From a virus (lineage: Duplodnaviria > Caudoviricetes): 64,000 bases of DNA. Below are positions 1 through 8,682 of the stretch, in pieces. Each line of letters starts with the position of its first letter. Position 1 is the first letter of the stretch. The stretch is taken from positions 96,001 through 160,000 of IMG/VR virus record IMGVR_UViG_3300033463_000005. One strand, 5' to 3'. The position numbers were made by a program, and so were the translations under genes. The notes below the pieces were generated by a model. It saw nothing but the letters and a program-made list of their open reading frames with translations, did no database searches and was not told where the DNA came from.

Positions 1-3000
1 ATATCTTTCAGATTACCCAAAGCATCCTGAATTGTATCAGAGAATTCAATTGGAGAATCACCAGAACCGTATAGACCCATTAGCGAGCTGGAAGCAAGGG
101 ATGATGCAGACTTCCGTTCGATTCGTCCAGTTAAAGGATTGGAAACGATCGCCATTCCATTGGATGTACCCAACACGTTCATGTAGTGATTATTGCCTCT
201 CCGTGTTGAGAAATCTGGACCGGAACCAACAACGGTGATTGGATTACTCGGTGATGCCATCGACAATGAACGCTGCGTCACACCACCAGGAGTCAGATTC
301 ATACCAAGTGCTCTTGATGTATTCATGTATCCACGAACTGATGTTCCGTTGGATGCATCATATGCACCAGCGTTTGACATGGATACTGCCAATCGACGTG
401 CATCCAATGTATTACCAGTGCGACGTGCATACGCATCCGTCAATGCCACAGGTCCACATCCACGTTGTGCCATATTCATATATGCACCATAACGTGCCTG
501 TGCACCATCACCAGCATAAATGTCTCCACTTGCAACGATACCATCCATTGGTGAGCCATTCAATTGTGGAATTGTCTTTGATGCTTGAACTTGTTGCTCT
601 TGTTTGTCTTCCTGTTCGACACTACTTTTTCCAGTAATCGCATTACCAAGCATCGTAACAGTTTTACCGAATCCAGATTTCATGGAACCCCAACCAGAAG
701 AAACCATTGATGTTCCCATGCTAATCATGTTCTTGCCGGTTTCATACAGAGAAGGAGCACCAAAGATCTTACCAATGACACCAACAGCTGTTAGAATACC
801 ACCGAGAACAGTTAAGATGAGACCCATACCAACTTGGACAATACCAAGTATGATTTCCAATGTATTCGCAACAGTCTGAAGAATTGGTACAACAACTTCC
901 TTCATGACAGATACCAGTGGAATCATGATCAATTTCACAAGACCAGTGATCAATTCCAGAATCGGTTCCAGCACACTCAACAGCTGTTCAATGATTGGTC
1001 CAATTGCTTCCAGAATTGGTTGAATGATCTTGATGACGGATTCGACAATCTGCACAACATATCCAACAATTTGACGAAGAACCTTTGTGATTGTTGTGAC
1101 AACAGGTTTCAATACTTTGATGATTGCTTGGAAAGCTTTATTCAATGGCTTTAATGATTTCTGTAGAATACCAGTAATCAGTTTTGTCAAAGCTTTAAAT
1201 CCTGACAATGACATGATGACTGTTAAAACGGCTTGACCAATACCCATCAGAATCTTGGAAATACCACCAAGAGTCTTACCAATGTTGAATAGACCACCCT
1301 TCTTATCACCACCACCAGCGGCATCAGTACCACCAGTGTCAGGTGCTTTCAACGATGGCATTTTGACATCAACATCACCATCGCCACTACCAGTCGATTC
1401 ATCACCGCTTGGTTCTGGCGGAGCAACAAATCCTCCACCTTCTTCGGTACTACGATTTTCAACAGCACTCTGTGTAGTGGTTCCTTGTCCTGTGGATGAT
1501 TGTTCCGTTTTGTTCATATCATCAGTGATTTCTTTTGTGGAATCCCTGAAGATTTCACCGATCAACTTGATGCTATCAACAATGGTTGACAGGACGCCAC
1601 CGCCACCGTCTTTGCTCTTCAACAGATCGAGAATCCCAGTTGTTGCCTTATCGGCAGCAGTTTTTGGTGTCAATGTCTTCTTATCGAAAGCAGACATGAA
1701 ACCTTTTCCGAATTCGGATTCTCTGAATTTGTCGCCAATTTTCTCTGCTGCGGCGGATGCTTTTTCTTTGACGGTACCAACAGCATCTTTTGCTTTATCC
1801 AGACCAATACCAGCATACGTCAATCCAGCCAATAGTGTTGCATTTTCTTTTGCCTGTTCGCCAATGGTTCGAGTTTCACCACGTCTGATACGTTTGATCT
1901 GAATCTGATCCATTGCAGCTGAACCAATATTGGATGCGAATTCTCCTAGACCTTTTGAAACATCCACAATATTTCCGGCTAATCCAGTCACACCTTCTTT
2001 GACAGATTGTGCACCAGTCAGTATCTTCATGCCAGATGATTTGAAACTATCGAGAATCTTGTTGAAAATCGTTTTTCCCAATTTACCAACAAAGGAGTCT
2101 CCGAGTTTCTTGGCATAATCAATAATGAATGTTTTTGCTTTTGATAACAATGGGGAGACGTATTTCTTGACCAAACCCAAACCCCACATCAGAATCTTAC
2201 CGATACGAGATTTTGCAGGTTGAACAGAACCAACGCGAGATAATGTATTTTCAACAAGTCCCTGAACACGTGCTCGTAATTCGGGATTCCTGATTTTGGC
2301 AATTTGTGATGATAATGCCCCAAGATCTTCCTTACCATCACCATCCATCGCGGCGGTTTGCATTGCGGCAAGAACAGCTTCAACTGTTGTGCGGTCACTT
2401 TCATCATCCACAGAATTGCCAAGACCCTTTAATGATCGATTGATCATATGTCTGTCATATACATTGGCAAAACCAGACAGCAATCTATCTTTACCATATG
2501 CGATATCGTCTTTGACATTGTTGACCGCAGTTCTAAATGGATTGGATGCAATCTCCCATAAGTCTCCGATAAATGATCCTGTCGGTTGAAAACCGGTTGA
2601 TTGTGAATCATCAGTTCCACCACTGGAAGATGGCTGTGGTGTTGGCGGAGTATTGGTATCAGTTCCGCCGGGTGTATTATTATAAACTTGCGATGTACTG
2701 ATTGCTTTTGTGGAACGTCGTCCACGTGCATGTTGTAATGGATATTTTCCAAACGGTTTATCTCGTTGCACAGAGTAAACATTGATACCACGATTCAAGA
2801 TATAAAAGATGCTTGCAACGTAATCCAAAGTTTGCGTGGACATTTCTTGAACAGAAGCACCAAGACCACCCAACAATTCAGATTGTTTTCTTCGTTCCAA
2901 ACGAGCTTCTTGCGCTTTCTTTGCAGAAGCACGAAGTGTGCGGTCAACATTCTTTGCAACATCTTTGTTCTTGATCTTACCAGCTTGGACTTGTTCATCC

Positions 3001-4595
3001 AATGTACGTTCATCCGTATCTTCGTCAAATGTACCAAGATATTCTCTGATGACGTCATTTTGTAGATTCGTATCCAGGCTACCAATATCAGCGGTATAGT
3101 TTGCACTCTTCGCATAATTGCGAGCGGTTGCATCAGTACCTTGGATGGCTTTATTCAAGGCGCGAGTGAAATTACCACGGGCACGAGAATCAATCTGTAA
3201 AGATGTGATAATCCATTCAACAGCATTCTTCCAATATGTTCGGCCCTTATTCTTTGCACCTGTCAACAATTCAATTGCACGTTGATTTGCATGTGGCAAT
3301 CCACCATTTTCAAACAATGATGAACTATTGATGTTGATTCCTTCGTTCAACGATTCACCAACATAAACAGCGATCAACACACGTTGTGCAATATACAAGT
3401 CTGCTTCATCAATATTCGTTTGGTTTGTGTTTGTTAAACGATGAATTGTACCCGCAGACATACCAGTTTGAATCGCAGCACCGAATACACTCTTAAAATT
3501 ACCTGGTTTATCCGTTGTCAGATATCCTTCATCGGATACATTGTACTCTTTACCTGTCAACGCTTGTGTGATCTTTTTCAGATAACCAGGAATGACATTG
3601 ATAATCGTTGTTCTTGTGATACCGTCAAATGTTGCTTTCTCACGATTGTATTGGTTTTCAACATAAGAACCATAATTCTGATTCGCGGTTCTTTTTGTCA
3701 AATCACCAAAGATATCTTTGAATTTTTCAACATTGAATAATTTTGTCAACAAATCATTTTGTACATTTGCAATTGTTTCATCAATTGTATTTTTCGTACG
3801 ATTATACCAGTTATTTGCAGAGCCGAGTTTCGACCCGTTGGAACCCATCTCCAATATCATCGGAATCAACATACCAGCGGCCATACCAGCCATTTCACCT
3901 TTGGATGTTCCCATGGCACTCATACCACCGACCAAAGATGTTACTGTTGATATCATCGACATTGGCAATGCTAATTTATCCGAAGTAGCGTTCTTCAAGA
4001 AATCAAAAGCATGACCCAATGTCAAATTACCAGATGAATCAAAGATACTGGAATTTCGTATATATGGATCGGATTTCTTTGGAGAACTCAACTCAATCAA
4101 TTTATCTAACCGCTCATTGATACCGGTTAAATTCGTATTGATCTTTGTTAATGAAGATAAGATTTCCGAAGAACGTGTATTTACCGTTGTGATGATTTCA
4201 GAAGTTGTCATTGCGGATGCTTCTGCTTGTTTACCACCAATTTCATACATTGCAGAAACTTGTCCACGCATGATACCTTTCATGGATTCTGTATCCAATA
4301 CTTTCGATGTATTGGAATCATCATCTTCAATACCAAAATTTGTACCAGGATCGAATTCGTCATCATCACCCAATGTAGATGATGATCCGAATTCATCACC
4401 CCGATGAAAGAATGAATCAACTAATTTCTTGAAACCACCATTATTGCGAATTTCACGATATTTACCAGATGCAGTTTTTGCACCACCAATGACAGTATCA
4501 AATATTTCTTTTGATGAAGAAACCAATGATGTGACAGAATCAGGTGCAATGTTCGATACGAATCCTTTCGTGAAATCCAGCATTAGATTCGGCAT
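1..4595 (-). CDS. Very large tail/tape-measure-like virion protein, partial (>1530 aa, runs off window start), with a peptidase C39-like domain at ~100-490
   Basis: Absent from the ORF track, consistent with being open to the edge. ATG at 4595 after an AAGGAGGA RBS. Both ends hand-translate in the same frame (MPNLMLDFTKG... to ...RGCGPVALT...NNHYMNVLG...VSNP). Shadow + ORFs keep one phase throughout; middle not fully hand-checked. Confidence 0.8.
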   Translation of the reverse strand, partial: MPNLMLDFTKGFVSNIAPDSVTSLVSSSKEIFDTVIGGAKTASGKYREIRNNGGFKKLVDSFFHRGDEFGSSSTLGDDDEFDPGTNFGIEDDDSNTSKVLDTESMKGIMRGQVSAMYEIGGKQAEASAMTTSEIITTVNTRSSEILSSLTKINTNLTGINERLDKLIELSSPKKSDPYIRNSSIFDSSGNLTLGHAFDFLKNATSDKLALPMSMISTVTSLVGGMSAMGTSKGEMAGMAAGMLIPMILEMGSNGSKLGSANNWYNRTKNTIDETIANVQNDLLTKLFNVEKFKDIFGDLTKRTANQNYGSYVENQYNREKATFDGITRTTIINVIPGYLKKITQALTGKEYNVSDEGYLTTDKPGNFKSVFGAAIQTGMSAGTIHRLTNTNQTNIDEADLYIAQRVLIAVYVGESLNEGININSSSLFENGGLPHANQRAIELLTGAKNKGRTYWKNAVEWIITSLQIDSRARGNFTRALNKAIQGTDATARNYAKSANYTADIGSLDTNLQNDVIREYLGTFDEDTDERTLDEQVQAGKIKNKDVAKNVDRTLRASAKKAQEARLERRKQSELLGGLGASVQEMSTQTLDYVASIFYILNRGINVYSVQRDKPFGKYPLQHARGRRSTKAISTSQVYNNTPGGTDTNTPPTPQPSSSGGTDDSQSTGFQPTGSFIGDLWEIASNPFRTAVNNVKDDIAYGKDRLLSGFANVYDRHMINRSLKGLGNSVDDESDRTTVEAVLAAMQTAAMDGDGKEDLGALSSQIAKIRNPELRARVQGLVENTLSRVGSVQPAKSRIGKILMWGLGLVKKYVSPLLSKAKTFIIDYAKKLGDSFVGKLGKTIFNKILDSFKSSGMKILTGAQSVKEGVTGLAGNIVDVSKGLGEFASNIGSAAMDQIQIKRIRRGETRTIGEQAKENATLLAGLTYAGIGLDKAKDAVGTVKEKASAAAEKIGDKFRESEFGKGFMSAFDKKTLTPKTAADKATTGILDLLKSKDGGGGVLSTIVDSIKLIGEIFRDSTKEITDDMNKTEQSSTGQGTTTQSAVENRSTEEGGGFVAPPEPSGDESTGSGDGDVDVKMPSLKAPDTGGTDAAGGGDKKGGLFNIGKTLGGISKILMGIGQAVLTVIMSLSGFKALTKLITGILQKSLKPLNKAFQAIIKVLKPVVTTITKVLRQIVGYVVQIVESVIKIIQPILEAIGPIIEQLLSVLEPILELITGLVKLIMIPLVSVMKEVVVPILQTVANTLEIILGIVQVGMGLILTVLGGILTAVGVIGKIFGAPSLYETGKNMISMGTSMVSSGWGSMKSGFGKTVTMLGNAITGKSSVEQEDKQEQQVQASKTIPQLNGSPMDGIVASGDIYAGDGAQARYGAYMNMAQRGCGPVALTDAYARRTGNTLDARRLAVSMSNAGAYDASNGTSVRGYMNTSRALGMNLTPGGVTQRSLSMASPSNPITVVGSGPDFSTRRGNNHYMNVLGTSNGMAIVSNPLTGRIERKSASSLASSSLMGLYGSGDSPIEFSDTIQDALGNLKD

Positions 4596-4628
4596 ATCAT
4601 ATCCTCCTTTCTGTATATAATCAATGAT

Positions 4629-4657
4629 AAAAAGGTGTGGGCCATTGGGCCCACACC
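4629..4657 (-). terminator. Intrinsic terminator
   Basis: GGTGTGGGC/GCCCACACC stem followed by a T-run on the minus strand after 4677..5435. Confidence 0.7.
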
Positions 4658-4676
4658 CATCATCATGTTGTTTTCA

Positions 4677-5435
4677 TCAGAAGAATTGGATCAAATCAAT
4701 TTCATCAAAATGGAATGTGTTTGTCCATTTCTCAACTAATGCATTTCTCGCATCTTCGGCTCCAGACCAGTCGTCGATACGAAGTTGGATTTTCTCAAAT
4801 GCTGAACCAACATTGTTCATGTTTTTCAACATGTTGTACAATGTTCGTTTCACATCCAATGTCGCTAATTCTATAAAGGATTCGCGGCATGAAATCGGAA
4901 TTGTTTCCAGTGATAGATCGTGGTCACATTTCACAATCAGATGTACCAAACATTCCTCCGGAAAATCAAACAGTTGGATCTTATTATAACCCAACCATTT
5001 TGATGTTTGCGGACGACTGGTGACACCAGCATATTTATTAATTGCAGCACCTGTTGATGTTGCATTCAAAATATCCTGTGGATAATATGAACCAAATCCA
5101 ACAAAAGGAGTTCCAACAGTAAATGCATTTGTTGCAGCCTCAGCATTCTGATACTGTGAAGAAGCCATTTCAGCTTCTGCATATTGTACCGGAGTGAGGG
5201 TGAGATTTCCCGGAAGAAGATAGATGTTCATCTTCCGGGATGTCTCATCGGGAGATCTGAGATTCTTGATGGATTCGTATCCTTCACGGATTTGTGGCTT
5301 GAACTGGGAGAAGGTGCGAACCGATATCTTGATGATCTCCTGAAGTACAACTTCAGTTGGTTTATTAAATGGCAATGCGATTGTTTCTAATCCCAATGAC
5401 ATTTTAATATCATTGATCACATCAGAAATATTCAT
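4677..5435 (-). CDS. Putative virion structural protein (possibly neck/head completion)
   Basis: 252-aa ORF with RBS in the structural operon; function from context only. Confidence 0.4.
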   Translation of the reverse strand: MNISDVINDIKMSLGLETIALPFNKPTEVVLQEIIKISVRTFSQFKPQIREGYESIKNLRSPDETSRKMNIYLLPGNLTLTPVQYAEAEMASSQYQNAEAATNAFTVGTPFVGFGSYYPQDILNATSTGAAINKYAGVTSRPQTSKWLGYNKIQLFDFPEECLVHLIVKCDHDLSLETIPISCRESFIELATLDVKRTLYNMLKNMNNVGSAFEKIQLRIDDWSGAEDARNALVEKWTNTFHFDEIDLIQFF

Positions 5436-5452
5436 ATCACACCTTCTTCATA

Positions 5453-5614
5453 TCAGTCATTTTCATCTGTCATCAAAGCAGATGCGATGGTTGGTGGTTC
5501 AGGCATGTTTTCCTGAACGGGTTCAACATGATTCGTTGGAGTCGGAAGTGTCATTTCCGCAAAGCGTTTACATGCTTCACATGCCGCTTGCTCAAATGAA
5601 AAACGTTCGTTCAT
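5453..5614 (-). CDS. Small 53-aa protein with PVQE site
   Basis: Below track cutoff. ATG overlaps the upstream TGA; reads MNERFSFEQAACEACKRF...EPVQENMPEP. Confidence 0.6.
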   Translation of the reverse strand: MNERFSFEQAACEACKRFAEMTLPTPTNHVEPVQENMPEPPTIASALMTDEND

Positions 5615-6393
5615 CACAAGACATCCCTAACTTCTTTCATTTCCTTTTTGTTCATAGTATGTTTGTCAGCTTCTCTTTTCGCGATAATTTCTGCAATCTC
5701 CATATTGTTTGCAGTAACAATCGTGTTCAGTTTGGAGGTTACTTCAAGAACAGAAGTGATTTTGTTGAGTTCCTCGGAATTCAGCTTGGAGAAATCCATT
5801 GTTGCATCGGATTTCTTTTTCTGAAGAACCGTGATCAGTTCCTCCAAAATGTCACCCAACTCATTCAGTTTGCTCTTGTATGTCTCAAACTCCATTGATG
5901 TCGATTTTGTGACTTTCTTCAACTTCGGAATTGTCACAGCGCCATCATTGGATGCTTTATAGAAATTCAAGATTTCTGTAAAGACACGATATGCTTCATC
6001 CGGATCATAATCAAGTTTGACACTGGTCCTATCGCCACTGACTTTTACACGAGTAACACCTTTTGCATTTGCGTAGATGCCATCAGCCAGTGAGATTGTA
6101 CCCTTACCAAGATTTTTGAAGAAATTCTTGATCTTCTTGCAAATGAGTTTGATTCCGTCAATGATCCACTGAAAGGCACGCTTGTACCATTTTTCTTTCT
6201 GCTTATCATCGGCTTCTTTTGGAAGCTCTTCGAGTGCTGTCTCTTCACCAGAAGCAGCCTCCATAATCAACGCAGACTTGATGTATGTTTCACCCATTGC
6301 CATCAGAACATCATATTCAGCGACAAGTGTAGCTTCATCAATCATGTCGATAGAATCAAGAACAGCTTCCTGAATCATAGTTTCATCTCTCAT
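5614..6393 (-). CDS. Internal head protein family member
   Basis: Leader VLDSIDMIDEATLVAEYDVL..YIK..IME, then basic amphipathic helix KWYKRAFQWIIDGIK. Confidence 0.65.
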   Translation of the reverse strand: MRDETMIQEAVLDSIDMIDEATLVAEYDVLMAMGETYIKSALIMEAASGEETALEELPKEADDKQKEKWYKRAFQWIIDGIKLICKKIKNFFKNLGKGTISLADGIYANAKGVTRVKVSGDRTSVKLDYDPDEAYRVFTEILNFYKASNDGAVTIPKLKKVTKSTSMEFETYKSKLNELGDILEELITVLQKKKSDATMDFSKLNSEELNKITSVLEVTSKLNTIVTANNMEIAEIIAKREADKHTMNKKEMKEVRDVL

Positions 6394-6414
6394 GAATGAT
6401 CATACTCCTTTCGG

Positions 6415-7017
6415 TTAATTTGATGATGGGTATGCATCCAGTCTATGAACGACTGGTGTATCCACATTCATAAAGTGCATCCGATTTTGCACAGATGCTT
6501 GTTTGGAATTCGTCTTGGAATTCCGGGTTGCCAACCACAGATACAGATCCATATCATCCCGATATACTTTCGCCAGTTTGTTGAATTGATTGGTTGTCAT
6601 TACAGCAAGCTGTTCAGTTTGGATATCAGGATATTTCTCTTGCATGGATTCCATAACCATTTGTAGATTGTGAGTTCCTGTCAGGAATGATTCCATCACA
6701 GTAGAACGCATATCAGCCAATGTACAAGTTTTCCGATATGGAGAATTCACACCCATATCAGCAAACATGGAATCATAGAAAGACTTTGTTGATTGTAGAA
6801 TCTTTGCATCATATGATTGATCATTCTCATCACGATATGCAACATACCCTTCCAAGAATTCACAGATCTTACCAAAGATCTTACCATAATCCATAGAAGA
6901 ATACATTACATCATCCTTCGGACGGATGTTTGGATATGTGTTTGCAACATCCTCAAACATCGTTCGATATTCGCAAATAATTTCACCAATGTTTTGTGTT
7001 GCCATTATCCTCTCCAC
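6415..7017 (-). CDS. Hypothetical protein
   Basis: 200-aa ORF overlapping the upstream gene in the structural operon. Confidence 0.7.
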   Translation of the reverse strand: MERIMATQNIGEIICEYRTMFEDVANTYPNIRPKDDVMYSSMDYGKIFGKICEFLEGYVAYRDENDQSYDAKILQSTKSFYDSMFADMGVNSPYRKTCTLADMRSTVMESFLTGTHNLQMVMESMQEKYPDIQTEQLAVMTTNQFNKLAKVYRDDMDLYLWLATRNSKTNSKQASVQNRMHFMNVDTPVVHRLDAYPSSN

Positions 7018-8042
7018 CCTTCCGGAAGTGTGACATTTGCACGCCAGACACGATCATTCCGATTTACCGGTTTGATCTTCAGAACTTGTGCCAATAAATT
7101 ATTGAGCTGATTTTGCAATCCTACGAGATATTCCCTCGTATGAGGAACGATATACCGCTCATCTTTCAAATCAATGCAATTTAGATAGAAATCGACCAGA
7201 TCCAATTTTGAACAGATATAACCGGACAACATTGCCTGATCATTTGCATCTTTAATCGCATTCAATTCGATTGTGATATAAGGGATAAGATCTCGCGGAA
7301 TCGGTTTTAGTTTCTTTGGTTTTCTGGAGAAGAATCCTTCCTGGAATGGATCATCCGGATCGTGTGCATATTCTTCATGCACCGTATCACCATCACCCAT
7401 ATCCATGTATTCATAATCGTCATCTGTGATAACGTCATCGTCATCTTCCACAGAATGGATTTCTTCTAACTCATCACCAATATGTGAAGCATCCTCTTTC
7501 AGATCTTCCGGAAGTGAATCATGATCATCCGTACCAAGATAATGATCAACCATATCATCCACAGACTTCTGATTCTTCGGATCCAATTCTTTCATTTGAT
7601 CCATGAACTGTTTTCCGTTCATCATATCAGAAGCACAGATTTCAATCGTTCCATCATCTTTGATACATCCGATGATGCCTGACAAAACAATCTTCAGACG
7701 TTTTGGTTCATATCCATGATGACTCATGGCACGTGTTGGTGTATTTGTCATTGCAACATAAGTTGCATGATTATCCACCTCTTCCGCATCATCAAAGATT
7801 GTACCTTTGGCAATTGCTTCCGAGACACTTTCCATTTGAATCTCACTGACATCCTTTGGATACAATAAATGAATCTCATCATTTTTTGTATACATTCGAA
7901 TGTTTGAACCTTTGTACGAATGAACAATCACATTCTTTTTCCGATCAGGAAAACGAATCTTTGCATATTCGGTGATGGCTTCGAGCTTTCCATTCTTCAG
8001 AAATGCTTTAACCATGTCATGACCAAAACCATTCATTAGCAA
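7005..8042 (-). CDS. Putative head protein with acidic linker and FQE/G site
   Basis: 345 aa; D/E-rich stretch followed by PFQEGFF. Confidence 0.55.
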   Translation of the reverse strand: MLMNGFGHDMVKAFLKNGKLEAITEYAKIRFPDRKKNVIVHSYKGSNIRMYTKNDEIHLLYPKDVSEIQMESVSEAIAKGTIFDDAEEVDNHATYVAMTNTPTRAMSHHGYEPKRLKIVLSGIIGCIKDDGTIEICASDMMNGKQFMDQMKELDPKNQKSVDDMVDHYLGTDDHDSLPEDLKEDASHIGDELEEIHSVEDDDDVITDDDYEYMDMGDGDTVHEEYAHDPDDPFQEGFFSRKPKKLKPIPRDLIPYITIELNAIKDANDQAMLSGYICSKLDLVDFYLNCIDLKDERYIVPHTREYLVGLQNQLNNLLAQVLKIKPVNRNDRVWRANVTLPEGWRG

Positions 8043-8090
8043 ACGTCACCACCTTTCTATTATTTATTTTTATACTGGAGGTATCTTCTT

Positions 8091-8612
8091 ATGACACTTC
8101 ATATTGATCTGAACACACTGTTCATCATTCAAGCAATATCCATTGTACTCATTATCGTACTCGGATGTATCGTTGTCAAACTATTAAAGCTTGTCAAACG
8201 TTTATCCAATCAGATATCAGAGAACAATCGATTGATGTATTTCAATCTGAAAGATTCCAATCAGATGAAATATGATATCAATGATACATTAGATCACATT
8301 GAACAAATCGAAACAAATGTTTCAGAATTGTCAAGATCTCTCAATGTCAAAATACAATATGACATTGCCGAAGCAGAACGAAAAGTATATCCAACTCCAG
8401 AAGTATCTCGCATGATTACAGAAACCATTCAAGAGCAGGTAGAAATCGAAATGATACTATCAAAGAATCTAGCCGCTCCATCAGGTGAATATGTTGATGA
8501 TATCACATATCGTGTTCTGAAAACATATCCCAAAATAGATCCAGATTACATTGCAAGAAAGTGTCTATCAGTAATTGAAGTTGAACTTGCACAATATCGA
8601 AGTACTGAATGA
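8091..8612 (+). CDS. Membrane-anchored coiled-coil protein
   Basis: GGAGGT RBS, N-terminal hydrophobic helix, heptad region; lone + gene in a - operon. Confidence 0.7.
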   Translation: MTLHIDLNTLFIIQAISIVLIIVLGCIVVKLLKLVKRLSNQISENNRLMYFNLKDSNQMKYDINDTLDHIEQIETNVSELSRSLNVKIQYDIAEAERKVYPTPEVSRMITETIQEQVEIEMILSKNLAAPSGEYVDDITYRVLKTYPKIDPDYIARKCLSVIEVELAQYRSTE

Positions 8613-8621
8613 ATATAGAGT

Positions 8622-8647
8622 GATGGCGGGGGAAATCCCCCGCCATC
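8622..8647. terminator. Hairpin terminator between convergent genes, downstream of the major capsid gene
   Basis: GATGGCGGGGG-AAAT-CCCCCGCCATC. Confidence 0.8.
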
Positions 8648-8682
8648 CTCCATCAGGCGTTTGATATTATGCTGCCATCAAA

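Noticed and set aside
32-4620. Numerous short + strand ORFs
   Set aside because: Antisense shadows of the single large - strand gene; the same applies to shadow ORFs over the capsid and fibre genes.
5464-5590. Cluster of short hairpins suggesting an ncRNA
   Set aside because: Region is filled by a translationally coupled 53-aa ORF with a PVQE site; stems are only 6-7 bp.
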